A stretch of DNA of 64,000 nucleotides from Thermoproteota archaeon (lineage in GTDB: Archaea; Korarchaeota; Korarchaeia; Korarchaeales; Korarchaeaceae), in NCBI GenBank assembly GCA_027491915.1, contig JAOZGC010000003.1:1-64000 (forward strand), written 5' to 3'. Position 1 is the stretch's first letter; every line of letters starts with the position of its first letter. The notes below the pieces were generated by a model. The model had not been told where the DNA came from. It did no database searches and saw only the letters and a list, made by a program, of their open reading frames with translations. The translations under genes were made by a program, and so were the position numbers. This document shows, one piece after another, positions 1-8,249 of the stretch.

Positions 1-667
1 CGGTCTGATACCCCACTTCTACCCGGGAGAGATGGAGGGCAGGGTGGAGGTGGACGGGGTCGACACGAGGGAGGTCCCGGTGTCGGAGATGGCCAGGAGG
101 GTGGGGTTGGTGTTCCAGAACCCGGAACGCATGTTCTTCTCGGACACGGTGTTAGAAGAGGTCAGGTTCGGCCCGGAGAACTTGGGTCTCCCCGACCCGG
201 CTGCGGCAGCCGTCGAGGCCATGGAGGAGGTTGGGGTCGCTCACCTCTCGGACAGGCCCCCATGGGGCCTCAGCGGGGGGGAGAAGAAGAGGGTGGCCAT
301 AGCGGCGGTGCTCGCCATGATGCCGGATTACCTGGCCCTGGACGAGCCCACCATCGGGCAGGATTGGGAGTCCAAGCTCAGGATAGCGGAGGTGTTGAGG
401 GACCTCGCGGGCCGCGGGAGGGGGGTCGTGGTCGTCACCCACGACGTGGAGTGGGTGGTGGACCTATCTCCCGATAGGATCCTGCTGCTATCCGAAGGGA
501 GGTTGATCGCCGAGGGGGGGGCCAGAGAGATCTTAACGGATGAGGGCCTGCTGGACGCGGCGGCCGTAACCCCTCCCGTCTCGTACAGGGTGTCCAAGCT
601 GGCCGAGATACCACCGTGCCTCTCCCCGGAGGAGGTGGCGAGAGAGGTCCTGAGGCGAGCGAGATGA
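1..667 (+). CDS. ECF/ABC transporter ATPase (CbiO/EcfA-like), 5'-truncated by window edge
   Basis: Q-loop GLVFQNPE, signature LSGGEKKRVAIA, Walker B LALDEPT, H-loop VVTHD; Walker A lies upstream of the window. Confidence 0.9.
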   Translation, partial: GLIPHFYPGEMEGRVEVDGVDTREVPVSEMARRVGLVFQNPERMFFSDTVLEEVRFGPENLGLPDPAAAAVEAMEEVGVAHLSDRPPWGLSGGEKKRVAIAAVLAMMPDYLALDEPTIGQDWESKLRIAEVLRDLAGRGRGVVVVTHDVEWVVDLSPDRILLLSEGRLIAEGGAREILTDEGLLDAAAVTPPVSYRVSKLAEIPPCLSPEEVAREVLRRAR

Positions 668-1401
668 GCGATCCCTCCAAGATCCTGGCGGCCTTCAGAC
701 CGGGCGAGGGAGGGAGACTGGGCCGTCTCCACCCGGCGACCAAACTCTGGTTGCTGACAGCAATGGTCGCCACCCCCCTGCTAAGCCCCAGCGTGGCCTA
801 CGAGGCGGCCTGCCTCTTCCAGTCGATCCTGCTATCTGCGATCGCTGGATCCAGAGACAGGATTGGAGAGGCCCTGAGGGGGTCCTACTTCTTCATAGCC
901 CTGATATTCGTCATAAATTATGTCTTCTCCGGAGATCTGGGGCTGTCGGCTTCGATGGTCATCAGGTTCCTGTCCATGCTGGTGGTTTCCATAGCCCTGC
1001 TGACCTCCATGGATCCGGCGGAGTTGGGAGATCTGCTCGGCATGCTCCGCCTGCCGAAGTCGGTGACCTTCTCCCTCGTCATCGCGCTCAGGTTTATACC
1101 AGTCATGGCGGACGACATACAGACCATATCGGCTGCCCAGGCGAGCAGGGGCTATAGGGGGGACGTCGGTGGGCCGCTGGAGAGGATAAGGAGGTTCGCC
1201 CCCATCCTGTTGCCAGCCATAGTTTCGGCCGTGAGGCGCAGTCAAATCCTGGCCGAGGCGATGGAGAGCCGGTGCTTCGGATCCCCCGCCAGGAGGACCT
1301 CCCTCGTCTCGTACGAATTTGGGGTGGAGGACCTCCTCTGGGTGGCCTACCCGCTGGCCCCCCTGGCGGCCCTCGCGCTGGTCGGGTGGAACCCCACCTG
1401 A
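664..1401 (+). CDS. ECF transporter transmembrane T component (CbiQ/EcfT)
   Basis: LHPATKL, ALRFIP, QASRG and AMESRCF motifs; hydrophobic; ATGA overlap with the ATPase stop. Confidence 0.88.
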   Translation: MSDPSKILAAFRPGEGGRLGRLHPATKLWLLTAMVATPLLSPSVAYEAACLFQSILLSAIAGSRDRIGEALRGSYFFIALIFVINYVFSGDLGLSASMVIRFLSMLVVSIALLTSMDPAELGDLLGMLRLPKSVTFSLVIALRFIPVMADDIQTISAAQASRGYRGDVGGPLERIRRFAPILLPAIVSAVRRSQILAEAMESRCFGSPARRTSLVSYEFGVEDLLWVAYPLAPLAALALVGWNPT

Positions 1402-1665
1402 GACACAGAGACCGGTCCTTCTCCTCCGTCATCTCGGCCCCTCCGCCGGAGAGGGCGAACCTCTGCTTCCACTCTGCTCCCCAGGAGATTAGAGGAGATG
1501 GAGAAGAAATCGCGCGGGGAGTGTCCCCCCAGCACGTCGGGTTAGACGCTGGTCGACCAGCGCTATTGGAGGAAGCGCTCGGGTGCTAGCGCTCTCTAGA
1601 GCTGCGGCTTCCCTTTTTTTTGATATGACCGGCTTATTACTGCGCACCCCCCCACTCCTTCCGGT

Positions 1666-2949
1666 GTGGGAGGAGTGGTCACCTGGCGCCTCGCCCCCGG
1701 ATCGGATCCCTCCCGACCTAGCCCCTACATCTCGCCAAGGATCGGCAGGGGTAGAATCACCTCCCGACCTAGCCCCTACATCTCGCCAAGGATCGGCAGG
1801 GGTAGAATCATAAGGAACAGGAAAGTGCTCACGGACTCGTACCTCCCGCCTCACCTCCCGGGCCGGGACTTCCAGATAACCACCTTCGACGAGTACTTGG
1901 AGCCGCTCCTGTACGACGAACAGCCCTTCGACCTGGCATTCACAGGCAAGACCGGCACCGGAAAGACCGCCGTCGCTAGACACGTCCTGGTCAGGAAGAT
2001 GGAGGAGCTGGCCGGGGCACCGGTCAAGTTCCTCTACCTGAATTGTTCGCAGGCCAACACCGCTTATCGGGTCATGTACCACCTGAACAGGGCCTTCGGC
2101 ATACTCGTGCCCCCGAGCGGATACCCATTCGACGTCCTGTTCAACAACTTCAAGTCCGTCTTCGAGGGGGGCAGGCTCAGGGTAGTTCTGGTCTTGGATG
2201 AGCTGGACCTCTTGGTTAAGAGGGATGGGGGCAGGCTCCTGTATGGCCTCACGAGGCTCAACGGAGATCTGATAGAGAGATCGAGCTCGCTGACCATAGT
2301 GGGTATAGCCAACACCCCGGACTTCTTGGAGAGGCTGGAGGAGAGGACCAGAAGCTCGTTCAAGCCGAAGAGGATATACTTCCCACCGTACGGGGCCGGG
2401 GAACTCCTGGACATCCTGAGGGAGAGGGCCAAGCTTGGCCTCGTCGAGGGAACCTGGAGCGAGGAGGCCCTGTCTCACATAGCGGCCGCCGTGGCCAGGG
2501 AGAGCGGGGACGCCAGGAGGGCCATAGATCTACTTAGGCTGGCAGCAGAGCTGGCTGAGAAGGACGGATCCTCCGCGAGGTTGGAGGTGAGGCACGCCGA
2601 GGCCGCGCTCGACTACGTCGACGAGGGAGAGATAGAGATCGTGATCCGCACCCTGCCCTTCCACCACCGGCTGGTCCTCCAGGCCGCGGCGGAACTCCTG
2701 CACAGGGGGGATCCCCGCCCGGGGACCGGCGCCGTTTACTCGAGGTACTCGGCCCTGGCCCGCAGGTGGCAGATGAGGCCGCTCACCCTCAGGAGGGTGA
2801 GCGGCATCCTCAGGGAGCTTGAGTCTCAGGGCGTTATCTCACTGGAAATGAGCTATGGGGGGGCGAGGGGCAACACCAAGGTAGTCACGGGAATGGCCCT
2901 CCGCCCCGACAGGATGCTCGCGAAGCTCTCCAAGTTGGGGGTGAGGTGA
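1666..2949 (+). CDS. cdc6: Orc1/Cdc6 replication initiator (start uncertain)
   Basis: Walker A GKTGTGKT, YLNC, Walker B VLDELD, FPPY, GDARRAIDLLR, C-terminal winged helix. Confidence 0.93.
   Translation: MGGVVTWRLAPGSDPSRPSPYISPRIGRGRITSRPSPYISPRIGRGRIIRNRKVLTDSYLPPHLPGRDFQITTFDEYLEPLLYDEQPFDLAFTGKTGTGKTAVARHVLVRKMEELAGAPVKFLYLNCSQANTAYRVMYHLNRAFGILVPPSGYPFDVLFNNFKSVFEGGRLRVVLVLDELDLLVKRDGGRLLYGLTRLNGDLIERSSSLTIVGIANTPDFLERLEERTRSSFKPKRIYFPPYGAGELLDILRERAKLGLVEGTWSEEALSHIAAAVARESGDARRAIDLLRLAAELAEKDGSSARLEVRHAEAALDYVDEGEIEIVIRTLPFHHRLVLQAAAELLHRGDPRPGTGAVYSRYSALARRWQMRPLTLRRVSGILRELESQGVISLEMSYGGARGNTKVVTGMALRPDRMLAKLSKLGVR
1709..1810 (+). repeat. Perfect 2 x 51-bp in-frame tandem duplication in the cdc6 5' region
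   Basis: cctcccgacctagcccctacatctcgccaaggatcggcaggggtagaatca at 1709-1759 and 1760-1810. Confidence 0.97.
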
Positions 2950-2950
2950 G

Positions 2951-4399
2951 TCACCCCCCAAACCTCAGGGTCCTGACCTCCAGCGTGTCCAGCCTGACCA
3001 CCGGCACGAGCCCCGGGGTTGGCTCTATCCCCAGCCCCCTTATGTAGGGGGTGGCCCCCTGGAACGTCCCGGAGTTCACCAACCTGACGTTCTTGTAGGT
3101 TCCCACCCCGTAGACGTGGACGTGGCCGGAGTGAACGACGTCCGGTACTCTCTCTATCACCATCAAGTCCTCGGGCCCGGGCATGAGCGGGTGCTCCCCG
3201 TAAACCGGGGCCAGGTGTCTCGATTTCAGGTATTCTGCCATCGCCCTGATCACGGAGTCTGCGGTCGGAGGCTGGAGTCCGGGCACGTACTTGAATATGG
3301 CGTTGAGGCTCCGCCCGTGATACAGCAGGAATCTGACTCCAGAGAGCCTCACGACCGCCGGGTTCCCCAAGACCGTGATCTTCGGGTGGGCTCTCACCAC
3401 CGGACCGAGGTACCTATCCGGGACCCTCGGTTGGGGCTCCGCCTGCCTGACCGGCTCGTGGTTCCCCGGGACGTACACGATCGAGACGTCGGGGGGAACC
3501 TTGCTCAAGAACTCCGAGGCCAGCTCGAACTGGGCGTATATGTCGGGCACGTCCAGCTCCTCCTCCTGGGAGGGGTACACCCCTATGCCGTCCACCAGAT
3601 CCCCGCAGACGACGAGGTATCTGACCCCCCTGGCCTCTCCAGACCTCAACCAGTCCAAGAACTCGTCCATGATCTCGGCCAAGAAGTACCTGCTTCCCGC
3701 GTGAACGTCCGATATCAACACCGCCGACTCTCCTTCCCGGGGGGAGAGGGAAGGCTCGCGCTCCCCCACGTCCGGTCGATAGATGGCCTCTGCCACCAGC
3801 GTCCCCCTCTGAGATAGGACTCCTCTGACGGCGACAACCTGATCCATCAGGAGTGAGCCGACGAGTCCCGTTAGCTGACGTCTGTCGGGGGGAACGTAGA
3901 CCGGTATCTGCCCCCCAGGATCTTCCAACACGAGGACGAACCCGTTCTTCGAACTCCTCTTCTTATCCCTAATCATCCCTATCAACGTGACTTCCTGTCC
4001 GTAGTCGGCCGACGTGATCTGAGACGGAACCCGGGCCGACGGACCCACCCTCTTCCTCAGGATGGGTGTCAGCTTCTCGAACCTGTTGACGAAGAGCGAG
4101 ACGAAGTCACCCACCTCGCCGCTGACCGGTTCCGCCACCGGATCGAACTCCACTATCACCTCCCCTCCTTCCCGCCCTCCCCCCGTCCCGATCCCCGGCC
4201 CCGACAGGTCGGCCACGATGGACCTGACCAGGGCCGCGGAGACCACGGTGGGCCTGGGATCCATCTCCTCCAGCCTACTCAGGATCTCCCCTCGATCGGC
4301 TCTGGAAATCAGGTCGAGGGCCTCCGGGGAAAGGAGGAACCCCCTCTCCCTGAACGCCTCTAAGATCTCCCTGATTCTCCCCTCTTCCTCTAACCTCAC
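2951..4399 (-). CDS. polB: DNA polymerase D small subunit DP1
   Basis: OB fold (LEDPGG) plus phosphoesterase motifs ISDVHAGS, GDLVDGIGVYPSQ, PGNHE, YHGRS, HSGHVH, NSGTFQ. Confidence 0.93.
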   Translation of the reverse strand: MRLEEEGRIREILEAFRERGFLLSPEALDLISRADRGEILSRLEEMDPRPTVVSAALVRSIVADLSGPGIGTGGGREGGEVIVEFDPVAEPVSGEVGDFVSLFVNRFEKLTPILRKRVGPSARVPSQITSADYGQEVTLIGMIRDKKRSSKNGFVLVLEDPGGQIPVYVPPDRRQLTGLVGSLLMDQVVAVRGVLSQRGTLVAEAIYRPDVGEREPSLSPREGESAVLISDVHAGSRYFLAEIMDEFLDWLRSGEARGVRYLVVCGDLVDGIGVYPSQEEELDVPDIYAQFELASEFLSKVPPDVSIVYVPGNHEPVRQAEPQPRVPDRYLGPVVRAHPKITVLGNPAVVRLSGVRFLLYHGRSLNAIFKYVPGLQPPTADSVIRAMAEYLKSRHLAPVYGEHPLMPGPEDLMVIERVPDVVHSGHVHVYGVGTYKNVRLVNSGTFQGATPYIRGLGIEPTPGLVPVVRLDTLEVRTLRFGG

Positions 4400-4417
4400 A
4401 GGATCTTCGGATCCCCC

Positions 4418-4993
4418 TCAACGATAAAAATTGGTCCGCTCCCCGCCCGCGATCTCGTCCAGGAGCTTCAAGACCAGGTTCCCATCCTCCGGGGAGGGGA
4501 GGATCATCTTCCTCCCCCACAGCCTGGCGCGGCCCATCGCAGCCAGAACCCCAACCAGGGCCGCCGTGAGCGCGTCCACCTCGTCCTCATTGGCCTCACC
4601 GCCAAGAGCGCCGGATATCTCATCTGGGCCGACCCCGAGCATCTTCCTCGCCGACGATGGATGGGTCTCCAGGGCCCGGATCCCCTCTTCCTCCAGCAGG
4701 GAGGATAGAGCTATACCCCTCATTCCCAGCAGCCTCATGGATCGCAGGTTCAGCGGCAGGGGGCGCAGCCCCGAGGACAGCATCTCCCTCTCCTCATCCC
4801 TCCAGGCCTCCCCCGGTGGGGGGAGGGAGAGGGGGGCGTCGACCACGACCAGTTCGGTCTCCGAGGATACCAGGACGTTGACTATATCGATCAGGCCCGC
4901 GGCCGCCGCGGTGGAGATTTCCCCCTCCCCGAGGACTGCGATCCAGGATCTCCTGCCGGGGCTGGCGGTCAGATCCACCCCGGCCACGATCAG
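4418..4993 (-). CDS. DUF429-family protein (RNase H-like fold); start probably CTG 4993
   Basis: IVAGVDL, VDAPLSLP, ETHPSS, DEVDAL motifs. Confidence 0.7.
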   Translation of the reverse strand: MIVAGVDLTASPGRRSWIAVLGEGEISTAAAAGLIDIVNVLVSSETELVVVDAPLSLPPPGEAWRDEEREMLSSGLRPLPLNLRSMRLLGMRGIALSSLLEEEGIRALETHPSSARKMLGVGPDEISGALGGEANEDEVDALTAALVGVLAAMGRARLWGRKMILPSPEDGNLVLKLLDEIAGGERTNFYR

Positions 4994-5760
4994 GTCAGGT
5001 CCCCACAACTGCACCAGACCTCTCTCACGAGGTCGATCAACTCGTCCACCCCTTCGCCAGTCAGGGCCGACACTATCGGTATCCTGATGGGGGTTCTGAA
5101 ACTGGAGAGCGCCTTTATCATGTCGAGGAGGGCCTCCGAGGCCACGCCGCCCTCTAAAGAGAGCCCGGGTTCGACCTCTTCGATCTCCCCCCTCAAGACG
5201 GCCTCCCAAATCTTTCCTGCCTCCCCCGACCCGGCCAGATCCGCCTTATTCATGACCGGTATCACGGGAACGGAGAGCATCATCTCCACGACCTTGGCCA
5301 GCATGGCCGTCCCCACCGCGTCCGCGATGCTCCGGCCGGGGCCGTGGTCGCCCAAGAAGACCCCCACGGCCGCCGCCTCGGTCGATATCTCCCCGGTTAT
5401 CTTCCTCCCCTCGGGCCTGAAGGCGAAGACCTCCATCTGTCCCGGGGTGTCGATCAGGATCCTGTCGCACGGGCTGTCCCTGATCCAATCCACCAGTTCC
5501 TCCACCGAGGCGGCGGCGATCTCCATGGCCCTCATCAGGGCCCCGTTGGGGCCCAGCCCCTCCCTCTCCATGATCTCCCTCACGGTCACCCTATACCTTA
5601 TGTCGAACTCGGGCGAGTAGGGTATCGAGGAGACCCCTGGATCCAGGTTCGCGGCGCATACCCCGCCGGGCTCGCTCGCCAGGATCTCGACGAGCCTCGC
5701 GGTCAGCGTGGTCTTGCCGGCGCCCGCCAGCCCCATGACTAGGAGCGCCTCTTTAGTCAG
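4990..5760 (-). CDS. GPN-loop GTPase; probable CTG start at 5760
   Basis: GLAGAGKTT, NLDPG, LGPNGA, DTPGQME, NKAD, VSALTGEG. Confidence 0.92.
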   Translation of the reverse strand: MTKEALLVMGLAGAGKTTLTARLVEILASEPGGVCAANLDPGVSSIPYSPEFDIRYRVTVREIMEREGLGPNGALMRAMEIAAASVEELVDWIRDSPCDRILIDTPGQMEVFAFRPEGRKITGEISTEAAAVGVFLGDHGPGRSIADAVGTAMLAKVVEMMLSVPVIPVMNKADLAGSGEAGKIWEAVLRGEIEEVEPGLSLEGGVASEALLDMIKALSSFRTPIRIPIVSALTGEGVDELIDLVREVWCSCGDLT

Positions 5761-7106
5761 TCGCCCTCACCCCCCATCGCTGCCAGCACCGCCCCCCTCC
5801 CCATATCCGCGAGCTCGACCGCGCGCCGTCGGCTCTTAGATTCGGAGTACACCCTGACCTTCGGCTCCGTCCCGCTGTCCCTTATCAGGATCCAGCCGTC
5901 CCTCGTCAGCACCTTCGCGCCGTCCGTCCTGTCCACCCCCAGGACCAATTCTCCCAGCTCGGACGCGAGTCTGGCCGCGGCCCGCTCGGCCACCGGGCCG
6001 CCCACCCGGGGGATCGAGATCCTGACCTGGTGGTATTCCGGGACCCCCTCGAGCGCCTCCTCCAGGCCGCCGGCCCGCTCGATCTCGCCGGCGATCACCA
6101 GCGCGGCTGCCGCGCCGTCGAAGAAGGGCCCCCAGCTCGGCAGCATCACCTTCCAGGGCTCGACCACCAGGTCCGCCCTCCACCCGGAACCCTCTCTTCT
6201 CCTGAACTCGCTGGGGAGATCCCCTATCTTCCACTCCACCACCTCTCCCCCCCGGCCCCTGACCTCCTCCGCAAGTCCCTCTCCCACGTCCACCGATGAT
6301 ATCACCCGCTCGGCCCCGGCGGCCCGCGCCACCAAGATCGCCACCTTGTAGTGGGCGACGAAGTTTCCCCTATCGTCCACGACCGCCACCCTGTCGCCGT
6401 CCCCATCCCAAGCGAAGCCTGCATCCGCTCCAATCCTCCTCACCAGCGAAGACAGGAGGGACAGGTTCTCGGGGGACGGTTCAGGGGGGCGGCCCGGGAA
6501 CCGGCCGTCTGGGTGGCCATTGATCACGATCGTGGAGGCCCCTGCCCGGGAGAAAACCTCGTCCACCAGGCCGCACATAGCCCCGTTCGCCGGGTCCAGC
6601 ACGTAGGATCCTCGGAGCTGACGTCCAAACTTGCGAAGCAGATCCTCCACGTAACCCTCCTCGATCCCCCTGACTACCTCGAGGCCGCCGGGATCCCCTG
6701 AATAAACAACGCCGTCCAGGGCCAGCCTCTCAATCTCCACCTCGAGATCTCTGGGTATCTCTCCCCCGTCCGCCCATACGACCTTGAACCCGTTGTACTC
6801 CGGCGGGTTGTGGGAAGCCGTTACGTATATCCCGACCTTTCCCCGGTGGCGGCACGCCCAGCAGAACGCGGGCAGGGGGATGTTGCCGGCCCAACCTACG
6901 TCGGCCCCGGAGGCCATCGCCCCGGCGGCCGCGGCAGCGGCGAGGGACGGACCGCTGATCCTGTGATCCGCCCCCAGGAGGACGGCGCCTTCGGCCAGAC
7001 GGGCCACCGCCGACCCCAGCGCGGCGGCGTCGGCCAACCCTATCTCCGTCCCAAACCTGCCGCGGATGCCCGCCGTCCCGAACCTTATCCTCCCCATACC
7101 CGGCAT
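5757..7106 (-). CDS. Phosphohexomutase (PGM/PMM/GlmM family)
   Basis: FGTAGIRG, TASHNP, DGDGDR, RDSGTEP. Confidence 0.9.
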   Translation of the reverse strand: MPGMGRIRFGTAGIRGRFGTEIGLADAAALGSAVARLAEGAVLLGADHRISGPSLAAAAAAGAMASGADVGWAGNIPLPAFCWACRHRGKVGIYVTASHNPPEYNGFKVVWADGGEIPRDLEVEIERLALDGVVYSGDPGGLEVVRGIEEGYVEDLLRKFGRQLRGSYVLDPANGAMCGLVDEVFSRAGASTIVINGHPDGRFPGRPPEPSPENLSLLSSLVRRIGADAGFAWDGDGDRVAVVDDRGNFVAHYKVAILVARAAGAERVISSVDVGEGLAEEVRGRGGEVVEWKIGDLPSEFRRREGSGWRADLVVEPWKVMLPSWGPFFDGAAAALVIAGEIERAGGLEEALEGVPEYHQVRISIPRVGGPVAERAAARLASELGELVLGVDRTDGAKVLTRDGWILIRDSGTEPKVRVYSESKSRRRAVELADMGRGAVLAAMGGEGD

Positions 7107-7140
7107 CGTTATATAACCGAGCCTATAATGAATTTCTGGT

Positions 7141-7251
7141 GCCGGGGTACCCTAGCCAGAGGGCCTCCGGCCCGGCGAAGCCAAGGGGCCGGACTCGAGA
7201 TCCGGTGGCCCCGAGCGGGCCACGAGGGTTCGAATCCCTCCCCCGGCGCCA
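7141..7251 (+). tRNA. tRNA-Ser(CGA) with 20-nt D-loop intron (7160-7179), CCA encoded
   Basis: Acceptor GCCGGGG/CCCCGGC, anticodon arm CCGGA CT CGA GA TCCGG, long variable arm, T-loop TTCGAAT; intron AGCC AG|A GGGCC TCC GGCCC GGCG AA|G. Confidence 0.92.
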
Positions 7252-7271
7252 TCTCGGGGGCGGTGAACGGA

Positions 7272-8249
7272 TTGAGACCACCCTGCGAGGTGGTGACCAA
7301 ATACCTGCTTCCCTCCGTGAGGAGGAGGGTCGCCAGGGGGTTAAGCGAGAGGGGGGTCACCCAGAGGGATATAGCGGCCCTTTTGGGAGTTTCTCAACCG
7401 GTGGTGAGCGATCTCATAAGGGGAGATTCCTCTTCGAGCCCCCTGGATCGCGAAGCCGCCAGGATAGCCGAGGAGATACTCTCCATTCCCCTCTCTGGCG
7501 AGGGCCTGTTCACCGAGAGGGCCATCGAGGTGATATGCGCATCCTGCAAGGGCCTGAAGCTGTCGGGGAGACTGTGTCCCCCCCACAAATCCATCCTTCC
7601 GATCCTGCCCGACGTGTGCAGGGCCTGCTCCAGGACCGAGGTCGGCCCCTCCGCCGGCGAATTCACCTCCGCCGTGAACGACGTCAGAGACGCCGTATCC
7701 ATCCTGTCATCTTCCTCTAGGGACCTCCTCCCCTTCTACCCAGAGGTTGGAATCAACGTCGTGAGGGTCTTGGGGGGCGAAGACGGGGAGAAAGAGGAAG
7801 GAGGGGGGAGAGAGGATCTCATGGTGGGAATCCCCGGCAGGGTGGTGAGGTACAGGGACAGACTGGTCGCCTTCACGGAGCCGGAGGTCGGCAGCGGGTT
7901 CCACAACGGGGGGGTACTATCGGCGGCCAGGAGGGCCAGGGGGTATCTGCGGGCCATAATCAACCTGAGGTGGAGGGAGGAGCTGGGGCCCGCGCTTACG
8001 GGCCTCGGGGTGAGTCTCGCGGAGGCGGTCAGGGATCGTGATATTCCGATAGACGAGCGGGAGGCAGAGCTCCTCTCTCAGGTCGAATATCTGGTCTCAC
8101 GAGTACCTCCTGGGTCTAGAGCAGTCGCCCTGGTGGATCCGGGGGCCTTCGGCATAGAGCCAGCCATCTACATACTCGCATCGACCGCCTCCGAGGCCGC
8201 CAGGGTGGCCGCGGCGGCGGCCGAGTCGGCCCTGATCAGGACCCCCTGA
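7272..8249 (+). CDS. HTH plus ThiN-like domain protein (ThiR-type regulator / thiamine-phosphate synthase family)
   Basis: RPPCE..K..LP..R and TQRDIAALLGVSQPVVS HTH; Cys/His cluster; PEVGIN, GIPGR, DPGAFGIEP. Confidence 0.75.
   Translation: MRPPCEVVTKYLLPSVRRRVARGLSERGVTQRDIAALLGVSQPVVSDLIRGDSSSSPLDREAARIAEEILSIPLSGEGLFTERAIEVICASCKGLKLSGRLCPPHKSILPILPDVCRACSRTEVGPSAGEFTSAVNDVRDAVSILSSSSRDLLPFYPEVGINVVRVLGGEDGEKEEGGGREDLMVGIPGRVVRYRDRLVAFTEPEVGSGFHNGGVLSAARRARGYLRAIINLRWREELGPALTGLGVSLAEAVRDRDIPIDEREAELLSQVEYLVSRVPPGSRAVALVDPGAFGIEPAIYILASTASEAARVAAAAAESALIRTP

Noticed and set aside
1531-1543. 13-bp match agcacgtcgggtt to tRNA-Gln (12988-13000) as an att site or split tRNA
   Set aside because: Matches of this length are expected by chance in 64 kb; no integrase or tRNA half nearby
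1709-1810. CRISPR array
   Set aside because: Two abutting copies with no spacer, and no cas genes
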